Assembly: GCA_049670425.1 (NCBI GenBank)
Contig: JBATTG010000194.1
Coordinates: forward strand, 1 to 60,292
Source of the DNA: Proteocatella sp.
GTDB lineage: Bacteria > Bacillota > Clostridia > Peptostreptococcales > Filifactoraceae
Length of the DNA: 60,292 nucleotides
Direction: 5' to 3'
Part shown: positions 18,847 to 30,701 of the stretch, piece by piece
Layout of the letters: every line of letters begins with the position of its first letter
Numbering within the stretch: the first letter of the stretch is position 1
The notes under the pieces: generated by a model
Database searches by the model: none
Told to the model about the DNA's origin: nothing
Seen by the model: the letters and a program-made list of their open reading frames with translations, nothing else
Position numbers and translations under genes: made by a program

Positions 18847-20271
18847 TCATCGAATGATTTCTTTGTAAAGATCTATGTATTCTAAGACCTGATTCTCCCA
18901 AGAAAAATTGCTCTCCATTGCATTTTTGATTATTATTGCCCACGCCTTTTTGTCGTCATACAAAAGCAAAGCTCTTTGTATGGCATCGAGCATGTCATAG
19001 GCCTCATAGGTTTTAAAGGTTATACCGTTCCCCATTTGCCTCTCTGGATTATAGGGCTCTATGCTATCTTTGAGACCTCCTGTTTCCCTTACTACTGGAA
19101 TTGATCCATATCTTGCAGCTATCATCTGGGAAAGGCCGCATGGCTCACTTTTTGAAGGCATTAGAAACATATCCGATGCCGCATATATCTGGCTTGCGCG
19201 TTTGGGTGAAAAACTTATTGAAACGGATACGCGGCTATTGTTCTCATATGCTTTTTGGACAAGATAGTCCTCATAGTATTTATCCCCGGTTCCAAGAATG
19301 ACAATCTGCACCTTGCACTCTAAAATACTGTCAAAGACCTCTTTTACAAGGTCAATTCCCTTGTGCGGTACGAGTCTTCCAACCATTGCAATCATAGGAA
19401 TTTTTCGGTTCACTTCGAGTCCGAGTTCTTTCTGAAGGTATTCCTTGTTTTTGTATTTACCCTCGATTTTTTTGCTGTCATATTTATACTTTAGATATTC
19501 GTCCTGAGCTGGATTAAATATCTCCGTGTCTATTCCGTTTAAAATCCCTCTGAGCTTATAACTGTTTTCCTTTACGGTCTGGCTCAGACCACTTGCAAAG
19601 AAGGGGTCTTCGAGTTCTTTTGCATAGGTCGGGCTCACCGTGGTTATCATTGAGCAGGTTTTTATGGCGCCTTTCATGAAGTTTATACAGTCCCCATCTA
19701 TTATCAGGCCTTCTTCTTCATATGAAAGCCCAAGTATGTCTCCTGTTATATAAGGATTGAATTTTCCCTGGTATTCGATGTTGTGGATGCTAAATACTGT
19801 CTTGATATTCTTATAGAAGCTATGGTCTGCATAGAGGGTCTTTAGATAGACTGGTATAAGTGCGCACTGCCAGTCATTACAGTTGATTATATCTATCTTG
19901 CCGCCTATGTGTCTCATTGTATCTATGGCCGCTTTGGAAAAGAAGGCAAAGCGCTCGGCATCATCATAATAGCCATAGTAATTGTCTCTGAAAAAATAAT
20001 ATTCATTATCTATAAAATAATATTCAACCTTGTTGTGCTCAAGTTTGAATATTCCGCAGTACTGATTTCTCCATGCCAGCTGAACTGATATTTCTTTTAT
20101 CAGTTTTAATTTTAAGCTGTATTTTTCCTTTATATCTTTGTAAAGCGGCATTATCATTCTTGACTTTACCCCTTTTTTTTGAAGTTCTTTCGGCAATGCT
20201 CCCATTACATCTCCAAGACCCCCGCTTTTTGCAAAAGGGGAGGCTTCGGAGCTTACAAATACTATATTCAT
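18847..20271 (-). CDS. glgA: Glycogen synthase
   Basis: SEASPFAKSGGLGDV, CNDWQ, HNIEYQG, GILNGID, MPSKSEPCGLSQM, RETGGLKDS. Confidence 0.97.
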   Translation of the reverse strand: MNIVFVSSEASPFAKSGGLGDVMGALPKELQKKGVKSRMIMPLYKDIKEKYSLKLKLIKEISVQLAWRNQYCGIFKLEHNKVEYYFIDNEYYFFRDNYYGYYDDAERFAFFSKAAIDTMRHIGGKIDIINCNDWQCALIPVYLKTLYADHSFYKNIKTVFSIHNIEYQGKFNPYITGDILGLSYEEEGLIIDGDCINFMKGAIKTCSMITTVSPTYAKELEDPFFASGLSQTVKENSYKLRGILNGIDTEIFNPAQDEYLKYKYDSKKIEGKYKNKEYLQKELGLEVNRKIPMIAMVGRLVPHKGIDLVKEVFDSILECKVQIVILGTGDKYYEDYLVQKAYENNSRVSVSISFSPKRASQIYAASDMFLMPSKSEPCGLSQMIAARYGSIPVVRETGGLKDSIEPYNPERQMGNGITFKTYEAYDMLDAIQRALLLYDDKKAWAIIIKNAMESNFSWENQVLEYIDLYKEIIR

Positions 20272-20296
20272 ATGTTCTCCATTTTCATGTAAGTTT

Positions 20297-21418
20297 CTAA
20301 ATTATGCTTCCTTTTTTGATTACTACCGGAAAGGTTATATGACCTGCTATTTCACTTCCTTCTCTTACTATGACATCCTTGTCAATTATTACGTCCTCCA
20401 GTTTTGTATTTGCATAGATTGTGGTATTTTCCATTATTACGCTGTCTTTAACTGACGAACCCTTTCCAATTTTAACGCCTCTTGATATCACACAGTTTTC
20501 CACGCTGCCTTCGATTATGCAGCCATCTGCAATTATCGAATTTTTGACGCTGCATTCTTCTCCGTATTCTACCGGCACACTGTCCTTCACCTTGGTATAT
20601 ACGATGTTTTCAAATATCTGTTCCCTGACCTCAGGCTCTAAAAGACTCAAATTCCCTTTCATATATCCCGATACCGTGTTCAGACATATGATGTGTTTCT
20701 TACATTCATAGCCTTTTATTGTAAGAGTTTTCATCTGTTTCCTTATAAGGCCAGTATAAAGTTCAAATCTTCCATAAGACATGGCATCTGCTACGAGAGC
20801 CTCCAGAAGAGACTTCTTCATTATGAATACTCCTATTCCACAGCTCACAGGAAACGAATGACTGTCTTCTTTGTTGATATGCATCTCTGTCAGCCTGTCA
20901 TCTGAGTCAAACTTGCAAAGCGGATATCCAGTCGGCACCTTTTCACATCCTGCTATGTTGTTGGTATAGGCCATGGTGATGTCGGCATTCTTCTGCTGAT
21001 GATGCTCCAGCATTTCGTTAAAATCTATGCTGTATATTATCGAACTTGACGATATTATCACATATTCCGCTATTGATTTTTTTATGGCATTCATATGGCA
21101 AGCAAGGGCATCCACTCTTCCCCTATATATCCCGTTTCTTGAGCCTACGCTTGCAAGAGGCGTGAAAAATTTAAGACCGCCTCGCTTCCTGTCCAGATCC
21201 CACTCCTTGCCAAGGCCTACATGCTCTATGAGAGAGTTATAATTATCTTTTGCTATGATTGCTATATTGAATACCTCTGAATTTACAAAATTAGATAGCA
21301 CAAAATCTATCTGTCTGTACTTTCCTCCAAAAGATACTGAAGCCATGGTTCTTTCTTCACATATTTCTCTTAAATTTCCGGCTTCAGAATATGCGAATAT
21401 TATTCCGAGTGCATCCAT
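20297..21418 (-). CDS. glgD: ADP-glucose pyrophosphorylase regulatory subunit
   Basis: FGGKYR.IDFVLSN, GKEWDLDRKRGGL, C-terminal hexapeptide repeats; lacks the GGxGxRL motif; follows glgC. Confidence 0.92.
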   Translation of the reverse strand: MDALGIIFAYSEAGNLREICEERTMASVSFGGKYRQIDFVLSNFVNSEVFNIAIIAKDNYNSLIEHVGLGKEWDLDRKRGGLKFFTPLASVGSRNGIYRGRVDALACHMNAIKKSIAEYVIISSSSIIYSIDFNEMLEHHQQKNADITMAYTNNIAGCEKVPTGYPLCKFDSDDRLTEMHINKEDSHSFPVSCGIGVFIMKKSLLEALVADAMSYGRFELYTGLIRKQMKTLTIKGYECKKHIICLNTVSGYMKGNLSLLEPEVREQIFENIVYTKVKDSVPVEYGEECSVKNSIIADGCIIEGSVENCVISRGVKIGKGSSVKDSVIMENTTIYANTKLEDVIIDKDVIVREGSEIAGHITFPVVIKKGSII

Positions 21419-21419
21419 A

Positions 21420-22640
21420 TTACTCAACCTCCGATTCTATATTTGCTTCTACCATGGAGCCTGGCACAACTACTGCATTATTGGCAATTTCTATTTCCTG
21501 CCCTATTACGGTTATATTTCTTTCTCGAGAATCAGAGCCTGCTTCAAGTTTGCCTATTATGCTGTTGCTTCCAACTTTAGCATATTCTCCTATTATCGAA
21601 TATTCTACGCTGGCGCCTGCTTGTATTTCTACGCCGGGCATCAGTATCGAATTGCTTACCGTTGCCCCTTTTCCGATTTTTACTGATTGGAATATTATAC
21701 TTCTTTCTACTTTTCCCTCTATTATGCATCCTTCAGTTATCATTGAATTCTTTATTTCGGCGTTGTTCCCTATATACTGCGGCGGTTTTACAGGATTTTT
21801 GGAATATATCTTCCATGGCGGATCATACAGGTTCAGCGGTACATCCGGATTCAAAAGGTCCATATTAGCCTCCCACAGGGATTCCACTGTTCCTACATCT
21901 TTCCAGTAGCCTCCGTATTTATAGGCATACATATTCTCTCCGGCATCGAGCATTGCCGGAATCAAGTTTTTTCCAAAATCTTTTTCTGATTCCGCATCAT
22001 TTTCATCTTTCGTAAGATAATCTCTTAGTTTGCTCCAGGTAAAGATATACACCCCCATTGATGCCAGGTTGCTCTTAGGCTGCAGCGATTTTTCTTCAAA
22101 TTCAAATATTTTTCCATTACTTTCGCAGCTCATGACTCCAAATCTGCTGGCTTCTTCGATAGGAACTTCTATCGTTGCTATGGTACAATCTGCACCTTTT
22201 TCCTTATGAAAGTCCAGCATAAACTGATAATTCATCTTATACACATGGTCGCCTGAGAGTATGAGCACGTATTCTGGATTTGATGCCTCTATGAAATGTA
22301 TGTTTTGATATATTGCATTCGCAGTTCCTGTATACCATTCCCCTTTTTTCCCTTTTACATATGGCTGAAGTATGCTTACTCCTCCGTTTTGTCTGTCCAA
22401 ATCCCATGGCTGCCCATTTCCTATATATTCATTTAGTTCCAGGGGCATGTACTGAGTCAATACTCCTACCGTATCTATCCCTGAATTTGTGCAGTTTGAA
22501 AGGGTAAAGTCTATTATTCTGTATTTGCCTCCAAATGGCACTGCCGGTTTTGCTATTTTCTGTGTGAGTATCCCAAGTCTGCTGCCTTGCCCGCCTGCCA
22601 AAATCATGGCTATCATGTTTTTTCTTCTTGCATTTAGCAC
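21420..22640 (-). CDS. glgC: Glucose-1-phosphate adenylyltransferase
   Basis: [56 protein letters not shown]. Confidence 0.97.
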   Translation of the reverse strand: MLNARRKNMIAMILAGGQGSRLGILTQKIAKPAVPFGGKYRIIDFTLSNCTNSGIDTVGVLTQYMPLELNEYIGNGQPWDLDRQNGGVSILQPYVKGKKGEWYTGTANAIYQNIHFIEASNPEYVLILSGDHVYKMNYQFMLDFHKEKGADCTIATIEVPIEEASRFGVMSCESNGKIFEFEEKSLQPKSNLASMGVYIFTWSKLRDYLTKDENDAESEKDFGKNLIPAMLDAGENMYAYKYGGYWKDVGTVESLWEANMDLLNPDVPLNLYDPPWKIYSKNPVKPPQYIGNNAEIKNSMITEGCIIEGKVERSIIFQSVKIGKGATVSNSILMPGVEIQAGASVEYSIIGEYAKVGSNSIIGKLEAGSDSRERNITVIGQEIEIANNAVVVPGSMVEANIESEVE

Positions 22641-22663
22641 TTTATTTTCCCCCCCGGTTTTTA

Positions 22664-24532
22664 CTAATTCATTTTCAAATATACCGTTGACAGTGGTGGT
22701 ATGTCTATGGTTATTGAAATATTATTTTCGCCTCCAGTTGCTTTTGCATCGGCTATCTTATTATCTTCTCCTCCATATTTGATGGCATCACTGTTAAACA
22801 TCTCTTTATATATGCCCATTTTTGAAACCTTTATTCTGTAATTTAGTCTTTTCACTGGTGCAAAATTGCATATTACTAAAATCTCTTCGTTTTTTGAGTT
22901 TATCCTGCTGAATATTATTATATTTTGTTCGAAATCATCACAATTTATCCATCTGAAGCCATCCCAGCCTTCTTCGAGTTCCCAGAATTCTGAGTTCTGA
23001 AGATATATCTGGTTAAGGTCTGCCACATAGGTCTTAAGTTTACTATGATGCTCATATTCCAGAAGGTTCCAGTCGAGCTGTGCATCGTATTTCCATTCTG
23101 AAAACTGGCCGAATTCACCGCCCATGAATAGAAGCTTCTTCCCTGGGTGTGCCATCATGTATCCATAATAGGCTCTGAGATTTGCAAATTTCTGTTCGTA
23201 GCTTCCAGGCATCTTGTTTATTAAAGATCCTTTCATATGCACCACTTCATCGTGAGACAGCGGCAATATGAAGTTTTCTGAATAGATGTAGGTCATGGAA
23301 AAAGTAAGGGCGCTGTGTCTGTATTTTCTGTACATTGGATCATATTTCATGTATTCGAGAGTATCGTTCATCCATCCCATATTCCATTTGAAGTTGAAGC
23401 CAAGCCCTCCGATGTATGCGGGTTTGGTTACCATAGGCCATGCCGTCGATTCTTCGGCTATCATGAGCGCTCCTGGAAAATTCGTAAGTACGGCCTTGTT
23501 AAGATCTCTTAAAAATTCTACAGCTTCCAGATTCTCCCTTCCGCCATGTATATTTGGTCTCCATTTTCCTTCTTCTCTTCCATAGTCAAGGTAGATCATC
23601 GAAGCCACCGCATCTACCCTGAGTCCGTCTATGTGATATTTGTCAAACCAGTATACGGCGTTTGATATCAGAAAACTCCTAACTTCATTCCTGCCCCAGT
23701 CAAATACCATCGTGCCCCACTGCTCCTGTTCGCTTTTGAAGGGATCATCATATTCATAGCATGGCTTTCCGTCGAATTCTCGAAGTCCAAAATCATCTTT
23801 GGGAAAATGGCCCGGAACCCAGTCGAGAATCACTCCTATTCCATCCTGGTGACACAGATCTATAAATTTCATAAGGTCTTTTGGGGTTCCAAACCTCGAG
23901 GTTGGAGCGTAGTATCCGGTTATCTGATAACCCCAGGAGCCACCGAAGGGATGTTCTGCCAGAGGCATTATTTCTATATGCGTGTATCCCATTGTCTTGA
24001 CATATGGGATGAGCTCCTGCGCAAGTTTTATATAATCAAAGGTATTTCCGTCGCTGTACCTTCTCCAAGATCCTGCATGAATTTCATATATATTCATCGG
24101 GCTCTTGTATGGATTCAGTTTGGTTCTATAATCCATCCAGTTTTGATCCTCCCACTCATAACCCCTTATGTCGCAGGTTTTTGATGAGCTTGCGGGAGGA
24201 GTTTCCATATGAAAGCCATATGGGTCACTTTTTTGATGAATCTTCCCATTATCGTCTTCTATTATATATCTGTACATATCCAGTTCTGATATCCCAGGTA
24301 TAAACAGTTCCCACATCCCCTGTTTAGTTATTTTTTTCATCTTTTTTTCGTTTGGTTTCCAGTCACAAAATTCCCCTGTTACAAATACATTCTTTGCATT
24401 CGGAGCCCATACTCTGAATATGTACCCCTTTGTTTCATGCTGATAATGAGGATGCGCTCCCATCAATTCATATGCGCGCTCTGCCGTTCCCTGGTGGAAA
24501 AGGTAGATGGGAAGTTCTAATTTTTTTCTCAT
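22664..24532 (-). CDS. glgB: 1,4-alpha-glucan branching enzyme
   Basis: [56 protein letters not shown]; start set from SD AGGGGG. Confidence 0.97.
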   Translation of the reverse strand: MRKKLELPIYLFHQGTAERAYELMGAHPHYQHETKGYIFRVWAPNAKNVFVTGEFCDWKPNEKKMKKITKQGMWELFIPGISELDMYRYIIEDDNGKIHQKSDPYGFHMETPPASSSKTCDIRGYEWEDQNWMDYRTKLNPYKSPMNIYEIHAGSWRRYSDGNTFDYIKLAQELIPYVKTMGYTHIEIMPLAEHPFGGSWGYQITGYYAPTSRFGTPKDLMKFIDLCHQDGIGVILDWVPGHFPKDDFGLREFDGKPCYEYDDPFKSEQEQWGTMVFDWGRNEVRSFLISNAVYWFDKYHIDGLRVDAVASMIYLDYGREEGKWRPNIHGGRENLEAVEFLRDLNKAVLTNFPGALMIAEESTAWPMVTKPAYIGGLGFNFKWNMGWMNDTLEYMKYDPMYRKYRHSALTFSMTYIYSENFILPLSHDEVVHMKGSLINKMPGSYEQKFANLRAYYGYMMAHPGKKLLFMGGEFGQFSEWKYDAQLDWNLLEYEHHSKLKTYVADLNQIYLQNSEFWELEEGWDGFRWINCDDFEQNIIIFSRINSKNEEILVICNFAPVKRLNYRIKVSKMGIYKEMFNSDAIKYGGEDNKIADAKATGGENNISITIDIPPLSTVYLKMN

Positions 24533-24766
24533 TTTAAGCCCCCTTTTTTTTGACTTATTTCGAATTTTCAATATATTACTCTCATTATAAGCCAAACTTT
24601 TTATTTTTTCTATCATTTTAATTTTAATTTATTTTCCATCAAAGAACTGTATCCTTAGTTTTCTTCAATATTTGAAACTTTCTGTACTTCTTATGTTTGC
24701 CGAAACTGTCACTTTTAGAAATAACAGTTTGCTGATATACTTGTAATATAATGATCGGAGGAATTT

Positions 24767-25618
24767 ATGAAAATACAAAAAAGAATCGCAGCAGTCCATG
24801 ATATTTCATGTGTTGGAAGGTGTTCGCTTACCGTAGCGCTTCCCCTGCTTTCTGCTGCGGGTTTTGATACAGGGGTTCTCCCCACTGCAGTTTTATCCAC
24901 CCATACCGGTGGTTTTGAGGATTTCACTTACAGGGACCTCACTTCTGACATCGAGCCTATTGCCAACCACTGGAAGACGCTTGGCCTGAAGTTCGATGCC
25001 TTCTATACAGGATTTCTTGGCTCTTTTGAGCAGATTGAACTTGTCAGCAAATTGTTTGATTCTTTTACGGATTCTGAAACCATTATTTTGGTTGATCCTG
25101 TGATGGCTGACAACGGCGAGCTTTATCCAGTTTACTCTTGCGATATGGCCAAAGGAATGATAAAGCTGTGCCAGAAGGCCGATATCATCGTTCCGAATCT
25201 TACCGAAGCCGCTTTTTTGCTTGGCGAGGAATACGTTGGCAGTAATTATGACAGAGCCTATATCGAAGATATCCTGGTCAGGCTGGCGGCTCTTGGCCCT
25301 AAAAAGGTTGTGCTTACGGGAGTTTCCTATGATGACGAAACCCTTGGCGCGGTCTGTTTCGACAGCGAATCCGGAAAAATAGACTATGCCTTCAATAAAA
25401 AGAACCCGTCCATTTTTCATGGAACGGGCGATGTCTTTGCCAGCAGTCTGCTTGCCGGGATAATGCATGGCTTCTCCCTGGTAGAATCTGCTCAGATTGC
25501 CGTAGACTACACTTATGAATGCATCCATCTTACTGAAAGCATGAATCAGGAAAGACGCTATGGTGTGTGCTTCGAGATGGCCATACCTTATTTTCTTAAG
25601 AGACTCGGACTTTTGTAA
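24767..25618 (+). CDS. pdxK: Pyridoxal/pyridoxamine kinase
   Basis: AVHDISCVGRCSL, LSTHTGG, YTGFLGS, VDPVMADNG, PNLTEA, HGTGDVFAS. Confidence 0.9.
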   Translation: MKIQKRIAAVHDISCVGRCSLTVALPLLSAAGFDTGVLPTAVLSTHTGGFEDFTYRDLTSDIEPIANHWKTLGLKFDAFYTGFLGSFEQIELVSKLFDSFTDSETIILVDPVMADNGELYPVYSCDMAKGMIKLCQKADIIVPNLTEAAFLLGEEYVGSNYDRAYIEDILVRLAALGPKKVVLTGVSYDDETLGAVCFDSESGKIDYAFNKKNPSIFHGTGDVFASSLLAGIMHGFSLVESAQIAVDYTYECIHLTESMNQERRYGVCFEMAIPYFLKRLGLL

Positions 25619-25629
25619 CAGAAAAAAAC

Positions 25630-25674
25630 AGAAAAAGCTGCAACAGGAAAACTATTCCTCTTGCAGCTTTTTCT
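25630..25674. terminator. Bidirectional terminator between convergent pdxK and malP
   Basis: AGAAAAAGCTGCAACAGGAA / TTCCTCTTGCAGCTTTTTCT stem. Confidence 0.8.
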
Positions 25675-25688
25675 CTATTTTTCCAAAC

Positions 25689-28067
25689 TTATTTCAGCTT
25701 TTTCACATGCCAGATGTTTTCGGCATAGTCCATTATGGTCCTGTCTGAACTGAATTTTCCGGCGTTGCACATGTTGATGTAGCACTTTCTCCTGAATTCA
25801 TTCTGATCTTTGTAGGCCTCGTTTACCTTGAGCTTGGCCTCTACCGTAGCCATGAAGTCGTGAAGCAGATAGTACTGGTCGGGTCTGTGCCAGCTTGCGC
25901 CCTTGAGGATTGAATCATGAAGCACCTTGAAGCCCTTGCTTCCTCCGTCGTCGAGCGTACCGTCTATCAATGAGTCGAGAACCTTTTTGATTTTAGGATT
26001 GCTCTTGTATATCTCGTTGGGGTCGTAGGTTTTCGATATCTTCTTCAGTTCTTCGACGGTTGCGCCGAATATGAAGTTGTTTTCAAGCCCTGCTTCTTCT
26101 ACGATTTCAACATTGGCTCCATCAAGGGTTCCCAGGGTTACGGCTCCGTTAAGCATGAATTTCATGTTTCCTGTGCCGCTCGCTTCGGTTCCGGCTGTGG
26201 ATATCTGCTCTGAAACGTCGGCTGCCGCCACAAGTTTTTCTGCATAGGAAACATTATAGTTTGATACGAACACCACCTTGATGACGTCTCTTACATCTTC
26301 ATCTGAGTCTATCAGGTCTGCCACTTCGTTTATAAGCTTTATTATGCTCTTCGCTCTTGCATAGCCTGGCGCCGATTTTGCACCGAATATGAACGTGGTC
26401 TTCTTGAAATCCTTGATTGCTCCTGATTTGATATCGTTGTAAAGATAGAGGATTGCAAGGATGTTCAGAAACTGCCTCTTGTACTCGTGAAGCCTTTTTA
26501 TCTGAATGTCGTAGATGCTCTGCGGGTCTATTTCGATGCCATCTTTTTTCATTATATACTCTGCCAGTTGCAGCTTCTTTATATTTTTGATGTCGGTGAA
26601 TTCTTTAAGCGTATTTTTATCCCCGGCAAGTTCTTCAAGCTTCTTCAGCTGCGCAAGGTCAGTTATCCAGGCCTTGCTTCCCAGCTTGCTGGTTATCATA
26701 TGCGAAAGTTCCTGGTTGCAGAGCGCCAGCCATCTTCTTTGGGTTATTCCATTTGTCTTGTTCTGGAATTTTTCAGGGTACAGCTTATACCAGTCCTTAA
26801 GCACGTCATGCTTTATTATTTCGGTGTGTATTCTTGCCACTCCGTTTACATAGCTGCCTGCGTATATCGCAAGATGGGCCATGTGCAGAGTCCTGTTTCT
26901 TATTATCTGGGTCCGCTTTGCAAGGGCTTTGGTTATTTTTCCATCTGCTACAAGCTTCGCTTTTTCTGCCTCAAAGGCGGCGTGGATAAGCTCTGTTATT
27001 TCATAGACTCTTGGCACCACCGATTTTACGAGCTTGCATTCCCATTTTTCAAGGGCTTCTGGCATTACGGTATGGTTAGTATACGCAAAGGTCTTCTTAG
27101 CGATTTCCAAAGCCTTGTCAAATTCCATGCCCTCTTCGTCAACAAGGATTCTCACAAGCTCTGGTATGGATACCGTAGGATGCGTGTCATTAAGCTGTAT
27201 AACATTGAACTCTGCAAAGTGGCTCAGATCGTCTCCATGATTTTGTTTGTATTTCCTTACAATGTCCTTAAGGGCCGCTGAGCTGAAGAAGTACTGCTGT
27301 TTGAATCTCAGCTTCTTGCCTTCAAGCGTATCGTCATTTGGATAAAGCACTCTTGAGATGTCTTCGGCTCTGTTTTTTTCAACTACCGAAAGGTCATACT
27401 CCTGGTTGTTGAATTTTTCAAAATCAAATTCATTTATCGGCTCTGATTGCCACAATCTCAAGGTCGAGATATTTTTGCCGCCGTAGCCTATTATCGGCAT
27501 GTCATATGGCACTGCCATCACGCTCTGGTCCTTGAAATCTATCTGGACAGCATATTCGTCTTTTCTAAGAGACCATGGGTCTCCAAATTTTGACCAGTTG
27601 TCCGCCTCTTCTTTTTGAAATCCATCTTCGATTCTTTGCTTGAAAAGACCATACTTGTATCTTATTCCGTAGCCGTCAAGGGGCACTTCCATGGTCGCGC
27701 CGCTCTCCATGAAGCAGGCTGCAAGTCTTCCCAGCCCCCCATTTCCAAGCGCCGCATCTTCTATCTCTTCCATGTCGTTAAGGCTCGCACCTTTTTTACT
27801 CAGTTCCTTTTCTATCTTTTGCGTCACTCCAAGGTTGAGCAGATTATTGTATATAGCCCTTCCTACAAGGAATTCCGCCGAAAGGTAGTAGGCTTTTCTT
27901 CCTTTGTCTTTTTCCTGCTGAAGCTCCAGCCATTTGCCGCCGATTGACTCCATGACAGCCTCGGAAAGGGCATTGTGAAGCTGCCATGGCTTGGCTTCTC
28001 CTATGCTTTTGCCATATTCGGTCCTAGTTTTCTTCTGAGTCGATTTTATTATTTTTTCTATATCCAT
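25689..28067 (-). CDS. malP: Maltodextrin/glycogen phosphorylase (second copy, in the mal operon)
   Basis: YYLSAEFL, LGNGGLGRLAACF, LNDTHP, KRLHEYKRQ, EASGTGNMK. The symbol is from context (malQ, ABC transporter). Confidence 0.9.
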   Translation of the reverse strand: MDIEKIIKSTQKKTRTEYGKSIGEAKPWQLHNALSEAVMESIGGKWLELQQEKDKGRKAYYLSAEFLVGRAIYNNLLNLGVTQKIEKELSKKGASLNDMEEIEDAALGNGGLGRLAACFMESGATMEVPLDGYGIRYKYGLFKQRIEDGFQKEEADNWSKFGDPWSLRKDEYAVQIDFKDQSVMAVPYDMPIIGYGGKNISTLRLWQSEPINEFDFEKFNNQEYDLSVVEKNRAEDISRVLYPNDDTLEGKKLRFKQQYFFSSAALKDIVRKYKQNHGDDLSHFAEFNVIQLNDTHPTVSIPELVRILVDEEGMEFDKALEIAKKTFAYTNHTVMPEALEKWECKLVKSVVPRVYEITELIHAAFEAEKAKLVADGKITKALAKRTQIIRNRTLHMAHLAIYAGSYVNGVARIHTEIIKHDVLKDWYKLYPEKFQNKTNGITQRRWLALCNQELSHMITSKLGSKAWITDLAQLKKLEELAGDKNTLKEFTDIKNIKKLQLAEYIMKKDGIEIDPQSIYDIQIKRLHEYKRQFLNILAILYLYNDIKSGAIKDFKKTTFIFGAKSAPGYARAKSIIKLINEVADLIDSDEDVRDVIKVVFVSNYNVSYAEKLVAAADVSEQISTAGTEASGTGNMKFMLNGAVTLGTLDGANVEIVEEAGLENNFIFGATVEELKKISKTYDPNEIYKSNPKIKKVLDSLIDGTLDDGGSKGFKVLHDSILKGASWHRPDQYYLLHDFMATVEAKLKVNEAYKDQNEFRRKCYINMCNAGKFSSDRTIMDYAENIWHVKKLK

Positions 28068-28071
28068 TTTT

Positions 28072-29187
28072 CTACCTCACTGCGATTGCTTTTTCAGTTT
28101 CTTTATCAAAAAGGTGAACATGGTTCGTATTTATTCCAAGCTTGATTTTATCTCCGATTTTCGCTGTGCTTCTTGGCGGTATTTTCGCTACTACATTCTC
28201 GCCATTGATTTTTGCATAAAGATATATCTCCGAGCCCATAGGTTCTGAAAGTTCTACCTCGGCATTCACATAGCTGAGGTTTTCTGGATTTTCTATGCTC
28301 TGGTGGTCATGAAGTTCTTCGGGTCTGATTCCCATTGTGACTTCCTTGCCGACATAGCCTGAAAGATTCGCTACCTTTCTTTCGTCCCAGTTTATGGCTA
28401 CCTCATATTCTCCGAGTCTTGCTATATAATTGCTGCCTTTTTTGTCTATGGTCACGTTCATCATGTTCATCTGTGGCGAGCCTATGAAGCCTGCAACAAA
28501 GAGATTGGCCGGATAATCATACAGATTCTGGGGTGTGTCTACCTGATGTATAAGGCCATCTTTCATGACTACTATCCGGTCTCCCATAGTCATGGCTTCC
28601 GTCTGGTCGTGGGTAACATATACGAAGGTTGTGCCCAGTTTCTTGTGAAGCTTGGTTATCTCGCTTCTCATTGCGCTTCGAAGCTTTGCATCGAGATTAG
28701 AAAGGGGCTCGTCAAGAAGAAATACTTTTGGATTTCTTACCATAGCTCTTCCAAGCGCAACCCTTTGTCTTTGGCCGCCTGAAAGCGCCTTTGGCTTTCT
28801 TTCAAGAAGATGCTCTATGTCTAGCATTTTTGCAGCCTCAACAACTCTTTTGTCAATCTCTGACTTGTCCATCTTGCGAAGTTTGAGCGAGAAGGCAAGA
28901 TTTTTGTACACTGACATGTGAGGATAAAGTGCATAGCTCTGGAATACCATTGCTATGTCCCTGTCTTTAGGATCTACATCATTTACAAGCGTGTCCCCTA
29001 TGTAGAGCTTTCCTTTTGAAATGGTCTCGAGTCCTGCAATCATTCTAAGTACCGTAGATTTTCCGCAGCCTGAAGGTCCTACAAGAATTATAAATTCCTT
29101 GTCATCTATTTCAAGGCTGAAATCTTTAACGGCCGTCACATCACCTGGGTATACTTTGAATATATTCTGAAGGCTAATTTTTGCCAT
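28072..29187 (-). CDS. Sugar ABC transporter ATPase (MalK/MsmX family)
   Basis: GPSGCGKST, VFQSYALYPHM, LSGGQRQRVALGR, LLDEPLSNLDAKLR, VTHDQ, C-terminal TOBE-like domain. Confidence 0.95.
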   Translation of the reverse strand: MAKISLQNIFKVYPGDVTAVKDFSLEIDDKEFIILVGPSGCGKSTVLRMIAGLETISKGKLYIGDTLVNDVDPKDRDIAMVFQSYALYPHMSVYKNLAFSLKLRKMDKSEIDKRVVEAAKMLDIEHLLERKPKALSGGQRQRVALGRAMVRNPKVFLLDEPLSNLDAKLRSAMRSEITKLHKKLGTTFVYVTHDQTEAMTMGDRIVVMKDGLIHQVDTPQNLYDYPANLFVAGFIGSPQMNMMNVTIDKKGSNYIARLGEYEVAINWDERKVANLSGYVGKEVTMGIRPEELHDHQSIENPENLSYVNAEVELSEPMGSEIYLYAKINGENVVAKIPPRSTAKIGDKIKLGINTNHVHLFDKETEKAIAVR

Positions 29188-29198
29188 GTTTAATTCTC

Positions 29199-30701
29199 CT
29201 ATCTCTTGGTTTTTTCTACAAGCTTTCTGATTTTTGCTGCCAGCTGCGGAGTCGCCTGTCCCGGAATAAGTCTCCAGACCCAGTTTCCGCCAATGGTTGA
29301 TGGAATATTTGTCCTTGCGGTGTTGTCAAGCTCCATATAGTCCTGTATCTGGAAAATAGCCGTATTGGCCTTTGATTTATAGCCTGCTTCTATGACTTTC
29401 CACACAAGCTCCCGGTTGCTTTTTAATCTCATCGCCTTACGGGCGCATATCCTGATTTCGCAAGGGGCATTATGAAAGTAACCTCTGAGCGTTTCGTTGT
29501 CATGGGTTCCTCCGTAGACCACCGAATTCTGCCCTATGTGCCTTGGAAGATTGCTGTTTCTAGGATTGCCATCAAAGGCAAACTCCAGAAGCTTCATTCC
29601 GGGATAGCCTGATGCCTCAAGGACTTTGATTACCTCTTTGGTTACTACACCAAGGTCTTCGGCTATTATCTGCGCTTCTTTGATTTCTTCATTTATCGCG
29701 TTGAGAAGGTCTGTCCCTGGCCCTTTTTTCCACACTCCGTTGAGCGCCGTAGTCTCTTCAACCCCTATCGCATAGTAATTTACGATTCCTATGAAATGGT
29801 CTATTCTGATTATATCGTACAGCTTCGCCGAGTATTTCATTCGTTTTCTCCACCAGGTGAAATTGTCTTTTTTCATGTAACCCCAGTCATAAAGCGGATT
29901 TCCCCACAGCTGGCCTGTCTTTGAAAACATGTCAGGCGGCACTCCTGCCACTAGCTTTGGCCTGTGGTCGGCGTCCATCTGAAACTCCCTGGTATTTACC
30001 CAGGTGTCTGCACTGTCAAGAGCCACATATATCGGTATGTCTCCTATTATTATTATTCCATTTTCTCTGGCGTATTCTCTGAGCAGGTGCCACTGCTGGT
30101 CGAATTTGAACTGGGTGAAGCTCCAAAACTCTGCCTCTTCATGCAGCTTCTTGTTGTAAGATTCGAGTGCGGCTTCTTCTCTTAGTCTTATATTGTCTGG
30201 CCATTTAAGCCACTCTATTCCTTCGAAGTGGTTTTTGATTGCCATGAACAGGCTGTAGTCGCCCAGCCAGAAGGTATTTTCCTCGCAGAATTTTTTGTAC
30301 TCCGGGGTTTCTCTGTGACTGCTGTTTTTAAAAGCTTTTTTCAAAAGCTTGAAGCGCTCTTTGTATATCTGAGCGTAGTCTATAAGCTCTGGGCTGTCTG
30401 ACCACTTTACCGAGCTTACATCTTCAAGGGTAATCAGGTTTTCTTCTATGAGGATGTCCAGATCTATAAAGTAAGGATTTCCTGCGAAAGCCGAAAAATT
30501 CTGATAGGGGCTGTCTCCATAGCCTGTTGGCCCAAGTGGGAGCACCTGCCAGTATTTTTGTTTTGCTGCTTTTAGAAAATCTATGAATTCATATGCTGCT
30601 TTTCCAAAGGTTCCTATTCCATAATTGGAAGGAAGACTTGCCACGGGAAGGAGTGTCCCACCGCCTCTTGTGAATGGTTTTTGTTTTCTGCTTATCATCA
30701 C
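29199..30701 (-). CDS. malQ: 4-alpha-glucanotransferase (GH77)
   Basis: WQVLPLGPTGYGDSPY, GDIPIYV, AGVPPD.FS.TGQLWGNP, RIDHF, IAEDLG, THDNET. Confidence 0.96.
   Translation of the reverse strand: MMISRKQKPFTRGGGTLLPVASLPSNYGIGTFGKAAYEFIDFLKAAKQKYWQVLPLGPTGYGDSPYQNFSAFAGNPYFIDLDILIEENLITLEDVSSVKWSDSPELIDYAQIYKERFKLLKKAFKNSSHRETPEYKKFCEENTFWLGDYSLFMAIKNHFEGIEWLKWPDNIRLREEAALESYNKKLHEEAEFWSFTQFKFDQQWHLLREYARENGIIIIGDIPIYVALDSADTWVNTREFQMDADHRPKLVAGVPPDMFSKTGQLWGNPLYDWGYMKKDNFTWWRKRMKYSAKLYDIIRIDHFIGIVNYYAIGVEETTALNGVWKKGPGTDLLNAINEEIKEAQIIAEDLGVVTKEVIKVLEASGYPGMKLLEFAFDGNPRNSNLPRHIGQNSVVYGGTHDNETLRGYFHNAPCEIRICARKAMRLKSNRELVWKVIEAGYKSKANTAIFQIQDYMELDNTARTNIPSTIGGNWVWRLIPGQATPQLAAKIRKLVEKTKR

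Noticed and set aside
26487..27281. Long antisense ORFs (this 264-aa one; also 3680-4396, 14596-15342, 24893-25528, 36609-37253, 55241-55819)
   Set aside because: Each lies opposite a well-conserved gene, has no recognisable motif, and is explained by codon bias on the coding strand.
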